A DNA stretch of 64,000 nucleotides. It comes from Alphaproteobacteria bacterium (GTDB taxonomy: Bacteria > Pseudomonadota > Alphaproteobacteria > UBA6615). The notes beneath the pieces are model-generated. The model had not been told where the DNA came from. It saw nothing but the letters and a program-made list of their open reading frames with translations, and did no database searches. The stretch lies in contig SHVS01000006.1 in assembly GCA_009694135.1 (NCBI GenBank), positions 14,036 to 78,035 on the forward strand, written 5' to 3'. Of this stretch, positions 22,460 through 34,014 are shown in pieces. How positions within the stretch are numbered: position 1 is the first letter of the stretch; every line of letters starts with the position of its first letter. Made by a program: the position numbers and the translations under genes.

Positions 22460-23006
22460 GCAAGGCGTCGCTGACGCGGGCGATCAATTGCCAGATCAGC
22501 ACGCTGAGAAAGACCACGCCGGCGGCGGTGAAGCCATCGATCTCGAGCGCGACGCGCGCGACATACCAATCATAGGCCAGCATGGCGAAGAAGGCGATTA
22601 CATACAGCAGAGTCGCCGCCCAGCCGCCATAGGCGCTTAAGACGGCCAAGGGAATCAGCAGCGCCGTCTGCAACACCGAGCACCAATTGGCGGCGACGAT
22701 ATAGCCGACATAGCGCGCGCGGCGGTCGATCAGGTCGCAGATGCCGGTCATGGCCAAGGGAAATGTGACCCAGCCGATCACATAGGCGATCAACCAGACA
22801 GCGATTTCGCGCCACAGCGGCGCGGCGATAGTCTTGTCCTCCAGAAAATTAAAAATCGCATGGCCGGGCAGCACGATCGCCGCGGCGACAAAGGATTTCC
22901 AGAATCCTTCCGGCGTCGCCTCGAACAGCGTCATGCCGCGCCGATCAAGCTGCGCCAATCGCCAGGCGCCGTTAAGCGCGGCGGCGACCTCGGTCGTCGT
23001 GATCAT
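22446..23006 (-). CDS. Conserved hypothetical membrane protein
   Basis: Several hydrophobic helices; GAWRLA, GFWKSF, YIVAANW; overlaps the dapE stop (ATGA). Confidence 0.75.
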   Translation of the reverse strand: MITTTEVAAALNGAWRLAQLDRRGMTLFEATPEGFWKSFVAAAIVLPGHAIFNFLEDKTIAAPLWREIAVWLIAYVIGWVTFPLAMTGICDLIDRRARYVGYIVAANWCSVLQTALLIPLAVLSAYGGWAATLLYVIAFFAMLAYDWYVARVALEIDGFTAAGVVFLSVLIWQLIARVSDALLIRA

Positions 23007-24148
23007 GCCTTGGCGGCGAAAAATCGCTCGAGCACGCGCTCATAGACCCGCGCCAGCGCTTCGATGTCCTTGACGCTGACGCGCTCGTCGACCTTGTGCA
23101 TGGTCGCGCCGACCAGGCCGAATTCGACCACCGGGCAATGGTCCTTGATGAACCGCGCGTCCGAGGTGCCGCCCGATGTGGAGAAATCCGGCCGGCGGCC
23201 AAGCGTCTCGGCGACCGCACCCGCGACCAGCTCGGCGAAACCGCCCGGCGGAGTCAAGAAACTCTCGCCGCTCACGCTCACCGCCAGCTCATAGCCGCCG
23301 CCGACCGCGTCGAGTTGCCGGCGCAAATGCGTTTCGAGCGATGCGCCGCTGTGCAAGTCGTTGAACCGCGCGTTGAACATCGCGTTCGCGCGCGCCGGGA
23401 TGACATTGGTCGCGATATTTCCGACATCGACGCTGGTGATTTGCAGCGTCGAGGGCTCGAATGCCTCGCTGCCCAGATCGAGCGGTTCCTTGAGCAGCGC
23501 CGACAGCATGGCGACCAGCCGGTGCACCGGATTGTCGGCCAGATGCGGATAGGCCGCATGGCCCTGGACACCCTCGACCGTCAGCACCCCGTTTAGGCTT
23601 CCGCGGCGGCCGATCTTGATGGCATCGCCGAGCGCCTGTGGGCAGCTCGGTTCGCCCACGACGCAGGCGTCCAGCTTTTCGCCGCGTGCCTTGAGCCAGT
23701 CGAGCACCTTCTTCGTGCCATTGACCGCCGGGCCTTCCTCGTCGCCGGTGATGAGCAGGCTGATCGAGCCTTGCGGGCGGCCCTTGGCGACAATACGCGC
23801 CGCCGCACCGACAAAGGCGGCGATCGCGCCCTTCATGTCGGCCGCGCCGCGTCCCCACAGCGCGCCGTCGCTGATTTTGCCGGCGAAAGGATCGACCGAC
23901 CACTGTGCGCGCGCGCCTTCCGGCACAACATCGGTATGGCCGGCGAAGCAGAAATGCGGCGCGCGATCACCGAAGCGAGCGTACAGATTCTCGACCGGTG
24001 GGGTGCCCTCGGCCTCGAATCGCAGTCGATTACAGGTAAAACCGAGCGGCGTGAGCGTGCGCTCGAGCAGATCGAGCGCGCCGCCTTCGTGCGGCGTGAC
24101 CGATGGGCAGCGGATCAGCGCCTGGGCGAGCGCAACCGGGTCGGTCAT
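23003..24148 (-). CDS. dapE: Succinyl-diaminopimelate desuccinylase
   Basis: [42 protein letters not shown] (all metal ligands present). Confidence 0.96.
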   Translation of the reverse strand: MTDPVALAQALIRCPSVTPHEGGALDLLERTLTPLGFTCNRLRFEAEGTPPVENLYARFGDRAPHFCFAGHTDVVPEGARAQWSVDPFAGKISDGALWGRGAADMKGAIAAFVGAAARIVAKGRPQGSISLLITGDEEGPAVNGTKKVLDWLKARGEKLDACVVGEPSCPQALGDAIKIGRRGSLNGVLTVEGVQGHAAYPHLADNPVHRLVAMLSALLKEPLDLGSEAFEPSTLQITSVDVGNIATNVIPARANAMFNARFNDLHSGASLETHLRRQLDAVGGGYELAVSVSGESFLTPPGGFAELVAGAVAETLGRRPDFSTSGGTSDARFIKDHCPVVEFGLVGATMHKVDERVSVKDIEALARVYERVLERFFAAKA

Positions 24149-24987
24149 TAGTCTCGCAACAGCTCGTTGATCGCGGTCTTGGAGCGCGTGCGCTCATCCA
24201 CTCGTTTGACGATCACGGCGCAGTATAGACCGGGTCCCGGCGTTCCGTCGGGGAAGGGTTTGCCTGGCATGGTGCCGGAAACCACGACCGAATAGGCCGG
24301 CACGCGGCCGTAGTGCACCTGGCCCGTGGCGCGATCGACGATTTTGGTCGAGGCTCCGATATAAACGCCCATCGACAACACCGAGCCCTGTTCGACAATG
24401 ACACCCTCGGCCACTTCGGCGCGGGCGCCGATAAACACGTCGTCCTCGATCACCACCGGACCGGCCTGCAGCGGCTCCAACACGCCGCCGATGCCGGCGC
24501 CGCCGGAGATATGACAGTTCTTGCCAATCTGGGCACAGGAGCCAACCGTCGCCCAGGTGTCGATCATCGTGCCGCTGTCGACGCGCGCGCCGAGATTGAC
24601 GAAGGCCGGCAACAGCACAACGCCCGGGGCGATATAGGCTGACCGGCGCACGATGGCTCCCGGCACGGCTCGAAATCCCGCGGTCTTGAAGCGGGCCGCA
24701 TCCCAGCCGACAAATTTGGACGGGACCTTGTCCCACCAATTGGCGCCACCCGGGCCGCCGGCGATCACGGCCATGTCGTTGAGGCGGAAGGAGAGCAGCA
24801 CCGCCTGCTTGAGCCATTGGTTAACGCGCCATTGACCATCCTGCTTTTCGGCCACGCGGACGGTGCCGGCATCGAGCAGGGCAAGCGTCTGCTCCACGGC
24901 GTCGCGCACGGCGCCCTTGGTGGTCAGCGAAATGGTATCGCGCTGCTCCCACGCGGATTCAATCGTGGCCTTGAGTTCGGCAGTCAT
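24148..24987 (-). CDS. dapD: Tetrahydrodipicolinate N-succinyltransferase
   Basis: [45 protein letters not shown]. Confidence 0.97.
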   Translation of the reverse strand: MTAELKATIESAWEQRDTISLTTKGAVRDAVEQTLALLDAGTVRVAEKQDGQWRVNQWLKQAVLLSFRLNDMAVIAGGPGGANWWDKVPSKFVGWDAARFKTAGFRAVPGAIVRRSAYIAPGVVLLPAFVNLGARVDSGTMIDTWATVGSCAQIGKNCHISGGAGIGGVLEPLQAGPVVIEDDVFIGARAEVAEGVIVEQGSVLSMGVYIGASTKIVDRATGQVHYGRVPAYSVVVSGTMPGKPFPDGTPGPGLYCAVIVKRVDERTRSKTAINELLRD

Positions 24988-25173
24988 GGTTCGACGGGAC
25001 CCTTGTCTGTGGGCGGTGGCCGAACATGGCGCGCGCGCCGCATTGGCGCAAGCCGATTTCCGGCGTGTGCCGGGCCGTTGCGGGCCAGGCGTTACGGTCG
25101 GTTAAGCGCCGGTCGCTAAGGTGCCGTGGCCCCCGAAAGTCGTTTCGGCGCGTAATTTTCATTGGTCCGAAGC

Positions 25174-26886
25174 ATGGCGCAGACCGAGCCCCAGCCGCCC
25201 GAGGCCGCTGCGCCGCCGTCTGTCGTGGACGGGCGGCTGCCGCCGCTCAGTGGCGTCGCCGCCACGCTGCTGGCCGCCTATCCCGATCCGGTGCTGATAC
25301 TTGGCGAAGATGGCGCGCCCGTTGCCGGCAACGCAGCGGCGAGCGCGCTGATCGAACGGCTCGGCGATGACTGCGCCAAAGTGCTCGCCACCCTGGCCGA
25401 ACTGTGCCGCGTAGCGCTGCAGAGCGGCAAGCCCGGCCGCGGCGTTCTCTCGACCACCGGCGGTGACATCGCGCTCGATATGCTGGTCCTGCCGCAAGAC
25501 GGCATTGGCGCTGGGCCGTGACACGCGGACCGAAACCGTCGTGCGCCAAGCCTTGTTCGAATCGCGCCAGCGCTACAAGGAACTGGTGGAGATCGCGAGC
25601 GACTTCTCTTGGGAGACGAATGCCGCCGGCGAGATCGTGTTCGTTTCACCCAAGGGCGCGCTTGGCTTCACCGCCGCCGAACTGGTCGGTCGTCCGGTGC
25701 AGAGCCTGTTGAGCGACGTCGCGGCGCTCGGCGGTCATTCGCCCTTCGCCGCGCGCGAGCCGGTCGCCGATGTCGAACTCTGGGCAACGGACAAGGCCGG
25801 CAATCCGGCTTGCCTGATCACCACCGCGCGGCCGCTTAACGACAGCGCGGGCGCGTGGCGCGGGGCCCGCGGGCTGTCGCGCAACGTGACGCGCGAGCGT
25901 CTAGAGGCGTTCGCCCGCTCGAAACGTGACGGGCGTGAGCGCGTGGTCGCGCACATTATCGAGCAGATTCGCGACGGCGTCGATCCGCTCGAAATGCTCG
26001 AGCGCGCCGTCGAGGCGCTGTGCGGCGCGCTGGCGGCGGATGGCGTCGCGATCATGCTGACCGACGATGCCGGCGGCGAGCTCATTCTGCGGCGCGGCGC
26101 GGATGCTGCGGTGGCGGCCGCCTCTTCCGCCATGATCGCGTGCAGGTGAACAATGGCCCAGAGTCGCTTGTCGAATCGGGCCATGCGCTTCTTGTTTTCC
26201 GCACGCGGTTTCGCGGCGGCTCGAATGGCGTCGTCGCGCTCGCGCGCATGGAGGCAAACGCCGCCTGGAGCGCGGATGATCGCGCCTTGGCGCGGGCGGT
26301 CGAGGCGCAGCTTGGCGTGATCTTGGCGCAGTTCACGCAGCAACGCCGGCTGGAGACGTTGTCGCGCACCGATCCGCTGACAGGTCTGCTCAATCGCCGC
26401 GCCTTTATCGAGGAGGTCGATCGACAACTCGCGCGTGACAGCCGCGAAGGGCATTCCGGCGCGCTATTTTATGTCGATCTCGACAACTTCAAGCCGATCA
26501 ACGACCGTCTCGGCCACGCCGCGGGCGACGAGGCGTTGATCAAGGTCGCGGCAGCGTTGAAGGGCAACGCGCGTCGTTACGATCTGGTGGCGCGGATCGG
26601 CGGCGATGAATTTGCCCTGTGGCTGTCGCACGCCGACCAGGCAACGGCTCTCCGCCGCGCGCAGGCCTTGAGCGAAAACATCGCCGCACTTGTGCCTCCC
26701 AACGCTGGCGATCTCCCGTCGCTTGGCGCGTCCATCGGCGTCGCTTGCTGGACGCCAGCTCAGGTCGAGCCCGCCGAGTTGCTCCTCGCGCGCGCCGATC
26801 GCGCCATGTATATCGCCAAGAACGAAGGCAAACAGCGCATTTTCGCTGATGAGCCGGTTCCGGCGGCATCCGGGAGCGCGGCATGA
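25174..26886 (+). pseudogene. PAS/GAF sensor diguanylate cyclase split by two frameshifts
   Basis: Three consecutive frames: 25174-25521, PAS segment (ASDFSWETN) and GGDEF segment (TDPLTGLLNRR, DLDNFK, RRYD..GGDEF); shifts near 25500 and 26120. Confidence 0.8.
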
Positions 26887-27222
26887 GCGATTCCGTGCGC
26901 AAGCAACTAGGCAGCGCCATCAATCGCCGAGGCCAAGCTCCTCGCGCGCGATACTGACGCGGCGGTGCGCCGTCGGGTCGCCGCGCGTACGGACGTTCCG
27001 CCCGAGCTCCTACCTGGCGGCCGATCCGGCGCCCGAAGTGCGGCGCCTGAAGTGCGGCGCGAAGTGGCGCGCAACCCACAGGCGCCGCGTCACGCGGATT
27101 TCGTGCTTGCGGGCGACGCGGACGGCGAGGTGCGCTCAGACTTGGCCGCCAAGATCGGTCGTTTGTTGCCCGGGTTGCAGCCAGGCGAACGCGAGCGTTT
27201 GCGCAAGGTCGCCCTGACGTGA
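26883..27222 (+). pseudogene. Truncated, frameshifted DUF2336-type helical-repeat protein remnant
   Basis: AKLLARD..AVRRRVAAR...LAADPAPEVRR...DLAAKIGRLLPGL; internal duplication of GAAGTGCGGCGC; early stop. Confidence 0.65.
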
Positions 27223-27296
27223 AAGGCGAATTTGAGCATGCGGCTCGCGCCTAAAGATATGGTGTGGCAGATCCAGTTCTTGAGCGAGGCAAAAAC

Positions 27297-28205
27297 CTAG
27301 TCGGGCCAGATCGCCGTGCCCATGCCGGGGTCGGTGAAGATCTCCAACAGCAGCGCATGCGGGATGCGCCCGTCGATGATCACCGCCGCCGCCGCCGAGC
27401 CCATCACCGCGGCGATGCAGGTCTCCACCTTGGGAATCATGCCGCCGCTGATGGTGCCGTCTTGGATCAGCGCGCGCGCCTCGCTGACTTTCATGTCGGG
27501 AATGAGCGTCTTCTTCCGGTCGAGCACGCCGGTCACATCGGTCATCATCAGCAGCCGCGTGGCTCCGATCGCGCCGGCGACCGCGCCCGCGACCGTATCG
27601 GCGTTGATGTTGTAGGTCTCGCCCTTCGGCCCGACGCCGATCGGCGCGATCACCGGAATGATGTCGGAGTGCGTCAGCGTCTCCAGCAGGTGACGGTTGA
27701 TCGTGCGCGGTTGGCCGACGAAGCCCAGGTCGAGCACGCGCTCGATATTGCTGTCGGGGTCGGCCTGGCGCCGCTCCAACTTCTCCGCCGAGATCAGATT
27801 TCCATCCTTGCCGGACAGCCCGATCGCCAACCCGCCGGCGGCGTTGATCGCGCCGACGATCGATTTGTTGATGGCGCCGGACAGCACCATCTCAACGATC
27901 TCAACCGTTGCCTGATCGGTGACGCGCAAGCCCCCGACGAACTCGCTCTTGATTTTCAGCCGCTCGAGCATGCGGCCGATCTGCGGCCCGCCGCCATGCA
28001 CGACTATCGGATTGATGCCGACCTGCTTGAGCAGCACGATGTCGCGGGCGAAGCTTTCCGCCACGCTTTCGTCGCCCATGGCGTGGCCGCCGTATTTGAC
28101 GACGAAGGTCTTGCCGGCATAGCGCCGCATGAAGGGCAGCGCCTCGGACAAGACACTCGCCTTTTGCAGGCGGTCATCGGCGATTTCGGTCTGCGGCCCG
28201 GCCAT
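27297..28205 (-). CDS. argB: Acetylglutamate kinase
   Basis: [35 protein letters not shown]. Confidence 0.97.
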   Translation of the reverse strand: MAGPQTEIADDRLQKASVLSEALPFMRRYAGKTFVVKYGGHAMGDESVAESFARDIVLLKQVGINPIVVHGGGPQIGRMLERLKIKSEFVGGLRVTDQATVEIVEMVLSGAINKSIVGAINAAGGLAIGLSGKDGNLISAEKLERRQADPDSNIERVLDLGFVGQPRTINRHLLETLTHSDIIPVIAPIGVGPKGETYNINADTVAGAVAGAIGATRLLMMTDVTGVLDRKKTLIPDMKVSEARALIQDGTISGGMIPKVETCIAAVMGSAAAAVIIDGRIPHALLLEIFTDPGMGTAIWPD

Positions 28206-28231
28206 ACTATCCCTCCCTTGGCGCGCCGAAC

Positions 28232-28903
28232 CTAAGCGTTCGCCGCCGGCAAGGCCAGACCCGCCGGCAAGGCGAGGGCCGCCAGCTCGGCGCGCAACAG
28301 GGCAATGCCCGCCCCGGTGCGCGCGCTGGTCGAGATCAGGCGCGGGTGCAGCGCGCCGTGCCGGGCGAGAGCGGCGAATTCACGCTTCCGGTCCTCGCCC
28401 TCGGCCTGATTGATCTGATCCGTCTTGGTCAGCACGAGCTGGTAGGACACCGCGGTCTCGTCGAGCAGATCCATGAACTCGATATCGCTCGGCTTGGTGC
28501 CGTGGCGGGAATCGATCAGGATGCAGACGCGGCGCAGATTGGCGCGGCCGCTCAGATAGGTGCGCATCATCTCGGTCCAGGCGCGGATTTCGCCTTTCGG
28601 CGCCTTGGCGAAGCCATAGCCGGGAAGATCGACCAGCCCCAGCCGTCGTCCCAGCTCGAAGAAATTAAGCTGGCGGGTGCGGCCGGGCGTCTTGCTCACG
28701 CGCGCCAGCGTCGAGCGGCCGGTGAGGGCATTGACCAGCGACGATTTGCCGACATTCGAGCGGCCGGCGAAGGCGATCTCCGGCAGATGCGAGACGGGGA
28801 TCTTCCCATCGCCGGTCACGCCGGCGATGAAGCTGCAAGACTGGGCGAACAGAATCCGCCCGGCCTCTTCGTCCATGATCTCGTCGTCGTTGGTCGCAAG
28901 CAT
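28232..28903 (-). CDS. engB: Ribosome biogenesis GTPase YihA/YsxC
   Basis: [24 protein letters not shown]. Confidence 0.96.
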   Translation of the reverse strand: MLATNDDEIMDEEAGRILFAQSCSFIAGVTGDGKIPVSHLPEIAFAGRSNVGKSSLVNALTGRSTLARVSKTPGRTRQLNFFELGRRLGLVDLPGYGFAKAPKGEIRAWTEMMRTYLSGRANLRRVCILIDSRHGTKPSDIEFMDLLDETAVSYQLVLTKTDQINQAEGEDRKREFAALARHGALHPRLISTSARTGAGIALLRAELAALALPAGLALPAANA

Positions 28904-28923
28904 GCGGGCCAATCAGCCGAGGA

Positions 28924-30654
28924 CTATTCGGCCGCCTTCTTCCGCGCGGGTTGGGGCGGGGAGGCGGCGCCACCGATCGGCACGCCCATGCTGCGCATGA
29001 TCACATATTGCTGCGTGATCGACAGCAGGTTGTTCCAGGTCCAATAGATCACCAGCCCAGCCGGGAACATCGCCATCATCGGCGTGAAGATCAGCGGCAT
29101 GAAGGCGAACATCTTGGCTTGTACCGGGTCGGGCGGCGCCGGGTTGAGCTTGGTCTGGAGAAACATCGTCACGCCCATGACGAACGGCCAGGCGCCGATG
29201 GTCGAAGGCAGCAGCAAGGTCTCCGGCGGCGCCCAGGGCAGCAGGCCGAACAGGTTGAAGACCGAGGTCGGGTCGGCGGCCGACAGATCGATGATCCAGC
29301 CAAAGAACGGCGCGTGGCGCATCTCGATGGTGACGAACAGCACCTTGTAGAGCGCGAAGAACACCGGCACCTGGACGACGATCGGCAGGCAGCCGGCGAG
29401 CGGATTGACCTTCTCGCGCTTGTACAGCGCCATCATCTCCTGCTGGAGCTTGAGCTTGTCCTCTTCGTAGCGCGCGCGCAGTTCGAGCAGCTTGGGCTGC
29501 AAGGCCTTCATGCGGCTCATCGAGCGATACGACTTGTTCGCCAGCGGGAAGAACAACGCCTTCACGAAGACGGTGAAGACGAGAATCGCCAGCCCGAAAT
29601 TGCCCAGCCACTCGTGCAGCGTGAGCAAGGCATAGAACATCGGCTTGGTGATATAAAAGAACCAGCCGAAATCGATCGCCAGATCGAAGCGGGCGATGCC
29701 CAACTCCGCGCTGTAGCGGTCGAGCAGCCGCACTTCCTTGGCGCCGGCGAACACGCGCTGCGTTGCCACGACCGAAGCGCCCGGTTCCAGCCGGCGCTCG
29801 CGACCGAGCGTCTCGACCGTATAAGCGTCGACGCCCGCTTCGACGGCATGCGCGAAGCGCGCCGTGACCGGCTCGGCTTGATCGGGGATCGCGGCGGCGA
29901 GCCAATACTTGTCGGTGATTCCGATCCAGCCGCCGGTTGAAGCCATCTCGATCTTCGGCGTCGCGTCGAGATCCTTGTAATTGACCTCCTTGAGCGTCGC
30001 GTTGAAGACGCCGAGCGGGCCCTCGTGCAGGATGTAGTAGCCGTCGGTCTTCGGCCGACCGATGCGCCGCACTTGCGCGAATGGGACCAGGGTCTGCGCC
30101 GCCGTTCCTTCGTTGACCACGGTGTCGGTGACGGTGATCAGGAAATCCGCATCGACCGCGATCCGGCGGGTAATGGAAAGCCCTTCGGCCGAGCGAAAGA
30201 CCAGGACGGCCGCGTCCTTGGCGCCCGCCTGCGCGGGGGCGGCGGTCCACAGCGCGTCCGCGCCCAATTCGCGCCCGGCGGCATCGCGCCAGCCGACGGC
30301 GGCGTAATACGGGGCGGCAGTGCCAAGCGGGGAGAGGAGTTCGATCTCGCTGCTCTTCGGATCCGTGGTTTCGCGATAGTCCGCCAGCGTCAAATCGTCG
30401 AAGCGCGCGCCGGCCAAGTTGATCGATCCATGCACGCGCTGGCCCATGATCGGGGCGCGTTTGGTTTCACCGAGCACCGTGGCGCGCGGGCGCGGCGCGG
30501 CGGCGACCGGGGCCGCCGGCGTCAGGGCCGGCAGGGCCAGTTCCGCCGGGGACGGCGGCACGGGCTTGGGGACGATCGAGGAGATGTAGTACTCCCAGCC
30601 CACCAGCACGAGCACGCTCAAGACCAAAGCGATGACGAGGTTGCGCTGTTCCAT
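28924..30654 (-). CDS. yidC: Membrane protein insertase YidC
   Basis: YILHEG, GITDKYW, IDFGWF, NPLAGCLP, GLVIYWTWNN. Confidence 0.97.
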   Translation of the reverse strand: MEQRNLVIALVLSVLVLVGWEYYISSIVPKPVPPSPAELALPALTPAAPVAAAPRPRATVLGETKRAPIMGQRVHGSINLAGARFDDLTLADYRETTDPKSSEIELLSPLGTAAPYYAAVGWRDAAGRELGADALWTAAPAQAGAKDAAVLVFRSAEGLSITRRIAVDADFLITVTDTVVNEGTAAQTLVPFAQVRRIGRPKTDGYYILHEGPLGVFNATLKEVNYKDLDATPKIEMASTGGWIGITDKYWLAAAIPDQAEPVTARFAHAVEAGVDAYTVETLGRERRLEPGASVVATQRVFAGAKEVRLLDRYSAELGIARFDLAIDFGWFFYITKPMFYALLTLHEWLGNFGLAILVFTVFVKALFFPLANKSYRSMSRMKALQPKLLELRARYEEDKLKLQQEMMALYKREKVNPLAGCLPIVVQVPVFFALYKVLFVTIEMRHAPFFGWIIDLSAADPTSVFNLFGLLPWAPPETLLLPSTIGAWPFVMGVTMFLQTKLNPAPPDPVQAKMFAFMPLIFTPMMAMFPAGLVIYWTWNNLLSITQQYVIMRSMGVPIGGAASPPQPARKKAAE

Positions 30655-30672
30655 GGATTTCGCTCTGGGCGC

Positions 30673-30912
30673 TTAGGCGCGTGGAACGGGGTCGAAGCCG
30701 GCCCCGCCCCAGGGGTGACAACGGAGGATCCGACGCAATGCAAGCCAGGACCCGCGCTTGGGCCCGTGCCGCTCGATCGCCTCAAGTGCGTATTCGGAAC
30801 AACTGGGTGCGTAACGGCAGGCAGGGCCAAAGAGGGCGGCGAAGCCATAGCGCCAAGCCAGGATCACGGCGCGCAGCCCGGCGCGGAGCCCCCGCTCAAC
30901 ATGCTGCATCAT
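30673..30912 (-). CDS. yidD: Membrane protein insertion efficiency factor YidD
   Basis: [28 protein letters not shown]. Confidence 0.93.
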   Translation of the reverse strand: MMQHVERGLRAGLRAVILAWRYGFAALFGPACRYAPSCSEYALEAIERHGPKRGSWLALRRILRCHPWGGAGFDPVPRA

Positions 30913-31334
30913 GCTCCCCCACGGCTTTGCTCGCCGTCCGCACGCCACAGCCCGAGCCGCCGCAGTGCCTGTTCCAGGTCGGCGAGCAGCAGCGGGAAGG
31001 GTCGCTCAACCGTGGCCGAGCGGCCGACCAAGACATAATCGAAGCCGGATTGGGCGTGGATGGGCATGACCCTCTGTACCACGGCTCTGAGGCGACGCCG
31101 CGCGCGATTGCGTTGGACAGCGCCGCCGACCTTGCGGCTCACCGTGTAGCCGACCCCCAGCTCCTCGGCAATGCGCCCCGGGGCCGGAAGGCGCGGCGCC
31201 ACTTGCAGCACAAGCCCGGGCGCGGCGAACCGCCGTCCGGCGGAACTTACGCGCAGAAACTCGGGTCGCCGGCGCAGCCTGGACAACTGCGCGCCCGGCA
31301 CCGCTACAGGGGGTGCGGGTTGCGGCATCGGCAT
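30909..31334 (-). CDS. rnpA: Ribonuclease P protein component
   Basis: [33 protein letters not shown]. Confidence 0.95.
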   Translation of the reverse strand: MPMPQPAPPVAVPGAQLSRLRRRPEFLRVSSAGRRFAAPGLVLQVAPRLPAPGRIAEELGVGYTVSRKVGGAVQRNRARRRLRAVVQRVMPIHAQSGFDYVLVGRSATVERPFPLLLADLEQALRRLGLWRADGEQSRGGA

Positions 31335-31453
31335 TCCCAATCGACATAAAGCACGGGGGGCAGGGCAGCCCGGCGCGGCCTCCCGCCTGGCACCCCCGGC
31401 GACTACCGACAGGGAAGTCGAGTCCGGAGGCGTCGGTCGGCCGTAGCGAGAGT

Positions 31454-31597
31454 CTAGTCGCTGATCAGGTGTTTGCGGCCCTTGGCGCGACGGCGCGAGA
31501 GCACCAGACGCCCGCCGACCGACCCCATGCGCGCGCGGAATCCGTGCCGACGCTTACGGACTATCTTGCTCGGCTGCCAGGTGCGTTTCTGAGCCAT
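31454..31597 (-). CDS. rpmH: 50S ribosomal protein L34 (47 aa; absent from the ORF track)
   Basis: Hand translation [47 protein letters not shown]; upstream of rnpA. Confidence 0.97.
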   Translation of the reverse strand: MAQKRTWQPSKIVRKRRHGFRARMGSVGGRLVLSRRRAKGRKHLISD

Positions 31598-31829
31598 GTT
31601 CACAAGCCTCAATAGCGGGTGACACCGGGACCGACGGCTCCGGAAGCCAGAGCGCGAGGTTGTATCGAGCGCGGCGAAGGCTTGTCAACGAATCCCGCGT
31701 GCGGAGCCCGGCGGCAAGCCATTCGCCGGCAGCATGCCCCTGAACGCTTGACAGCGGCCGCGCAATAGGGACGCCTCTATTCCGGCCCGCAAATGCGGGC
31801 AAATGCCGGAACGACTGGGTATCGCGGAC

Positions 31830-32558
31830 ATGGATTTTTCGGGGCTCGTCCTTGTCCTCAAGCGGGGCTGGCCGTTGCTGGCTATCGCCACCGGCGTCGC
31901 GCTGTATTATTTTCTAGGTCTCGACCGCTATTTCGGCATTGAGGCCCTGCGCGCGAATCGGGTCGGGCTGACCGCCTGGGTCAACGATAACGGGCTGTGG
32001 GCGCTCGCGGCTTTCGCCGTCGTTTATGCCGTTATGGTCGCCCTGTCGGTCCCGGGCGCTGGCGTGATGACTCTTGCCGGCGGGTTCATGTTCGGGGTGA
32101 TCGTGGCCACAGCGGTCATCGTTTTCGCGGCGACTGCGGGGGCGACGCTGCTGTTCCTTGCCGCGCGCACCGCGCTGGGCAAGCCGTTGCGTGCACGCGC
32201 CGGTCCTTGGCTGCGCACGCTCGAAGCCGGCTTCGCCGAGAACGCGCTCAGCTACCTGCTGCTGCTGCGGCTGATGCCGATCTTCCCCTTCTGGCTGGTC
32301 AATCTCGCGCCGGCTTTTTTGCACATTCCGATACGGACTTATGTGTTCGGCACATTTTTCGGCATCATCCCGGCGACGCTCGTCTATGCCTGGGTAGGCA
32401 GCGGCATCGGCCATGTGCTGGACCAGGGCGGGGAGCCCGATCTGCACATGATCTACTCGCCGAATGTCCTTGGCCCGATTCTGGCGCTGGCGGCGCTCGC
32501 GACGGTGCCGATCGCCTACAAGCGCTACCGCCGCTCGCGGGAACGGGCGCGTGGCTGA
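31830..32558 (+). CDS. TVP38/TMEM64 (DedA/YdjX) membrane protein
   Basis: LSVPGA..MTLAGGFMFG, LRLMPIFPFWLVN, GIIPAT. Confidence 0.88.
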   Translation: MDFSGLVLVLKRGWPLLAIATGVALYYFLGLDRYFGIEALRANRVGLTAWVNDNGLWALAAFAVVYAVMVALSVPGAGVMTLAGGFMFGVIVATAVIVFAATAGATLLFLAARTALGKPLRARAGPWLRTLEAGFAENALSYLLLLRLMPIFPFWLVNLAPAFLHIPIRTYVFGTFFGIIPATLVYAWVGSGIGHVLDQGGEPDLHMIYSPNVLGPILALAALATVPIAYKRYRRSRERARG

Positions 32559-33978
32559 AACCCTTCGCCCCGATCTGTGTGTGATCGGCGGCGGATCGGG
32601 CGGGCTTACGGTTGCCGCCGGCGCTGCGCAGATGGGGGCCTCGGTCGTGCTGTTCGAGCGCGACCGCATGGGCGGCGAATGCCTGAACACCGGCTGCGTG
32701 CCGTCGAAGGCGCTGCTCGCGGCGGCGCATGCGGCCGAGTCCGCGCGGCGCGCGCGCGCCTTCGGGGTCTCCAGCCCGCCGACAGTCGATTGGGCGGGCG
32801 TACGCACGCATATCGACCAGGTGATTTCCGCCCTCGCGCCCCATGATTCGGTCGAGCGTTTCGAGAAACTCGGTGTGCGCGTGGAGCGCCAAGCGGCGCG
32901 ATTTACCGGCCCGGATGAAGTCGAAGCCGCCGACGGCACGCCTGTGCGTGCCCGTCGTTTCGTCATTGCCACCGGCTCCGAGCCCTTGGTGCCGCCGATT
33001 CCCGGCTTGGCGACGACGGGCTTCCACACCAACCAGACGATCTTTACCCTGCCAGAGATGCCGGCCCATCTCCTGGTGCTTGGCGGCGGGCCGGTCGGCG
33101 TCGAGCTGGCGCAGGCGTTCCGCCGCCTTGGCGCTCAGGTAACGATGGTCGAGCGGGCGACGATGCTCGCGCGCAGTGATCCTGAACTGGTCGCGGTGCT
33201 GCGCCAGCGCCTGTTGGCCGAAGGTGTCGTGCTGCACGAAGGCGCGCGCGTCGAGCAAGCTTCCGCCAAGGGCGGGGGGGTTACGCTCGTTGCGCGCTTG
33301 CCCGGCGGCGCCGCGGTCGAACTCACCGGCAGCCATGTGCTGGTCGCGGCCGGACGGCGTCCGCGTCTGGACGGGCTCGGGTTGGAGCGGGCCGGGGTCG
33401 CATTCACGCCGCAAGGCGTCACCGTCGATCGCGGCCAGCGCACCAGCAACCGACGCGTGTTCGCCATCGGCGATGCGGCCGGCCCGCCGCAATTCACCCA
33501 CAGCGCCGCGCATCAGGCCGGCATCGTGCTGCGCCGCGCGCTGTTACGCTTGCCGGCGCGCAGCGAGACGCGCGCCATTCCCGCCGTCACCTATACCGAT
33601 CCGGAGTTGGCCGAGGTCGGCATGAGCGAGGCCGCTGCGCGCGAGCGCCACGGGCGCGTCACGGTCCTGCGCTGGCCATTCAGGGAGAACGATCGCGCCC
33701 AGGCGGAACGAACGACCGAAGGCATGGTTAAGCTTTTGGTCGATCGCCGCGGGCGGGTTTTAGGCGCGGGCATCGTCGGTGCGCGCGCGGGCGACCTTTT
33801 GCTGCCCTGGGTGATGGCCGTAGCGCAGCAGCAGCGCGTCGGCCGCCTGGCGGGGCTGGTCGTGCCTTATCCCACGCTGGGTGAGGCAGGCAAGCGCGCT
33901 GCGGGCAGTTATTTCACCCCCTATTTGTTCTCGGCGGCCATGCGCTGGCTGGTGCGACTAATTTCATGGCTGGGATGA
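32551..33978 (+). CDS. Pyridine nucleotide-disulfide oxidoreductase (dihydrolipoamide dehydrogenase/MerA-like family)
   Basis: GGGSGG, GGECLNTGCVPSK, GGGPVGVE, TYTDPE, PYPT; GTG start overlaps the TVP38 gene end. Confidence 0.88.
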   Translation: MAETLRPDLCVIGGGSGGLTVAAGAAQMGASVVLFERDRMGGECLNTGCVPSKALLAAAHAAESARRARAFGVSSPPTVDWAGVRTHIDQVISALAPHDSVERFEKLGVRVERQAARFTGPDEVEAADGTPVRARRFVIATGSEPLVPPIPGLATTGFHTNQTIFTLPEMPAHLLVLGGGPVGVELAQAFRRLGAQVTMVERATMLARSDPELVAVLRQRLLAEGVVLHEGARVEQASAKGGGVTLVARLPGGAAVELTGSHVLVAAGRRPRLDGLGLERAGVAFTPQGVTVDRGQRTSNRRVFAIGDAAGPPQFTHSAAHQAGIVLRRALLRLPARSETRAIPAVTYTDPELAEVGMSEAAARERHGRVTVLRWPFRENDRAQAERTTEGMVKLLVDRRGRVLGAGIVGARAGDLLLPWVMAVAQQQRVGRLAGLVVPYPTLGEAGKRAAGSYFTPYLFSAAMRWLVRLISWLG

Positions 33979-34014
33979 ACGGCGACCTTCTGCCGCACGA
34001 CGCGATCTGCTAAG

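Noticed and set aside
25092-25120. Full CtrA box upstream of the PAS-GGDEF gene
   Set aside because: Half-site spacings are N6 and N10, not N7; counted only as a half-site.
32551-33978. Mercuric reductase / mer operon
   Set aside because: No C-terminal Cys-Cys pair, no N-terminal HMA domain, no merR/T/P nearby.
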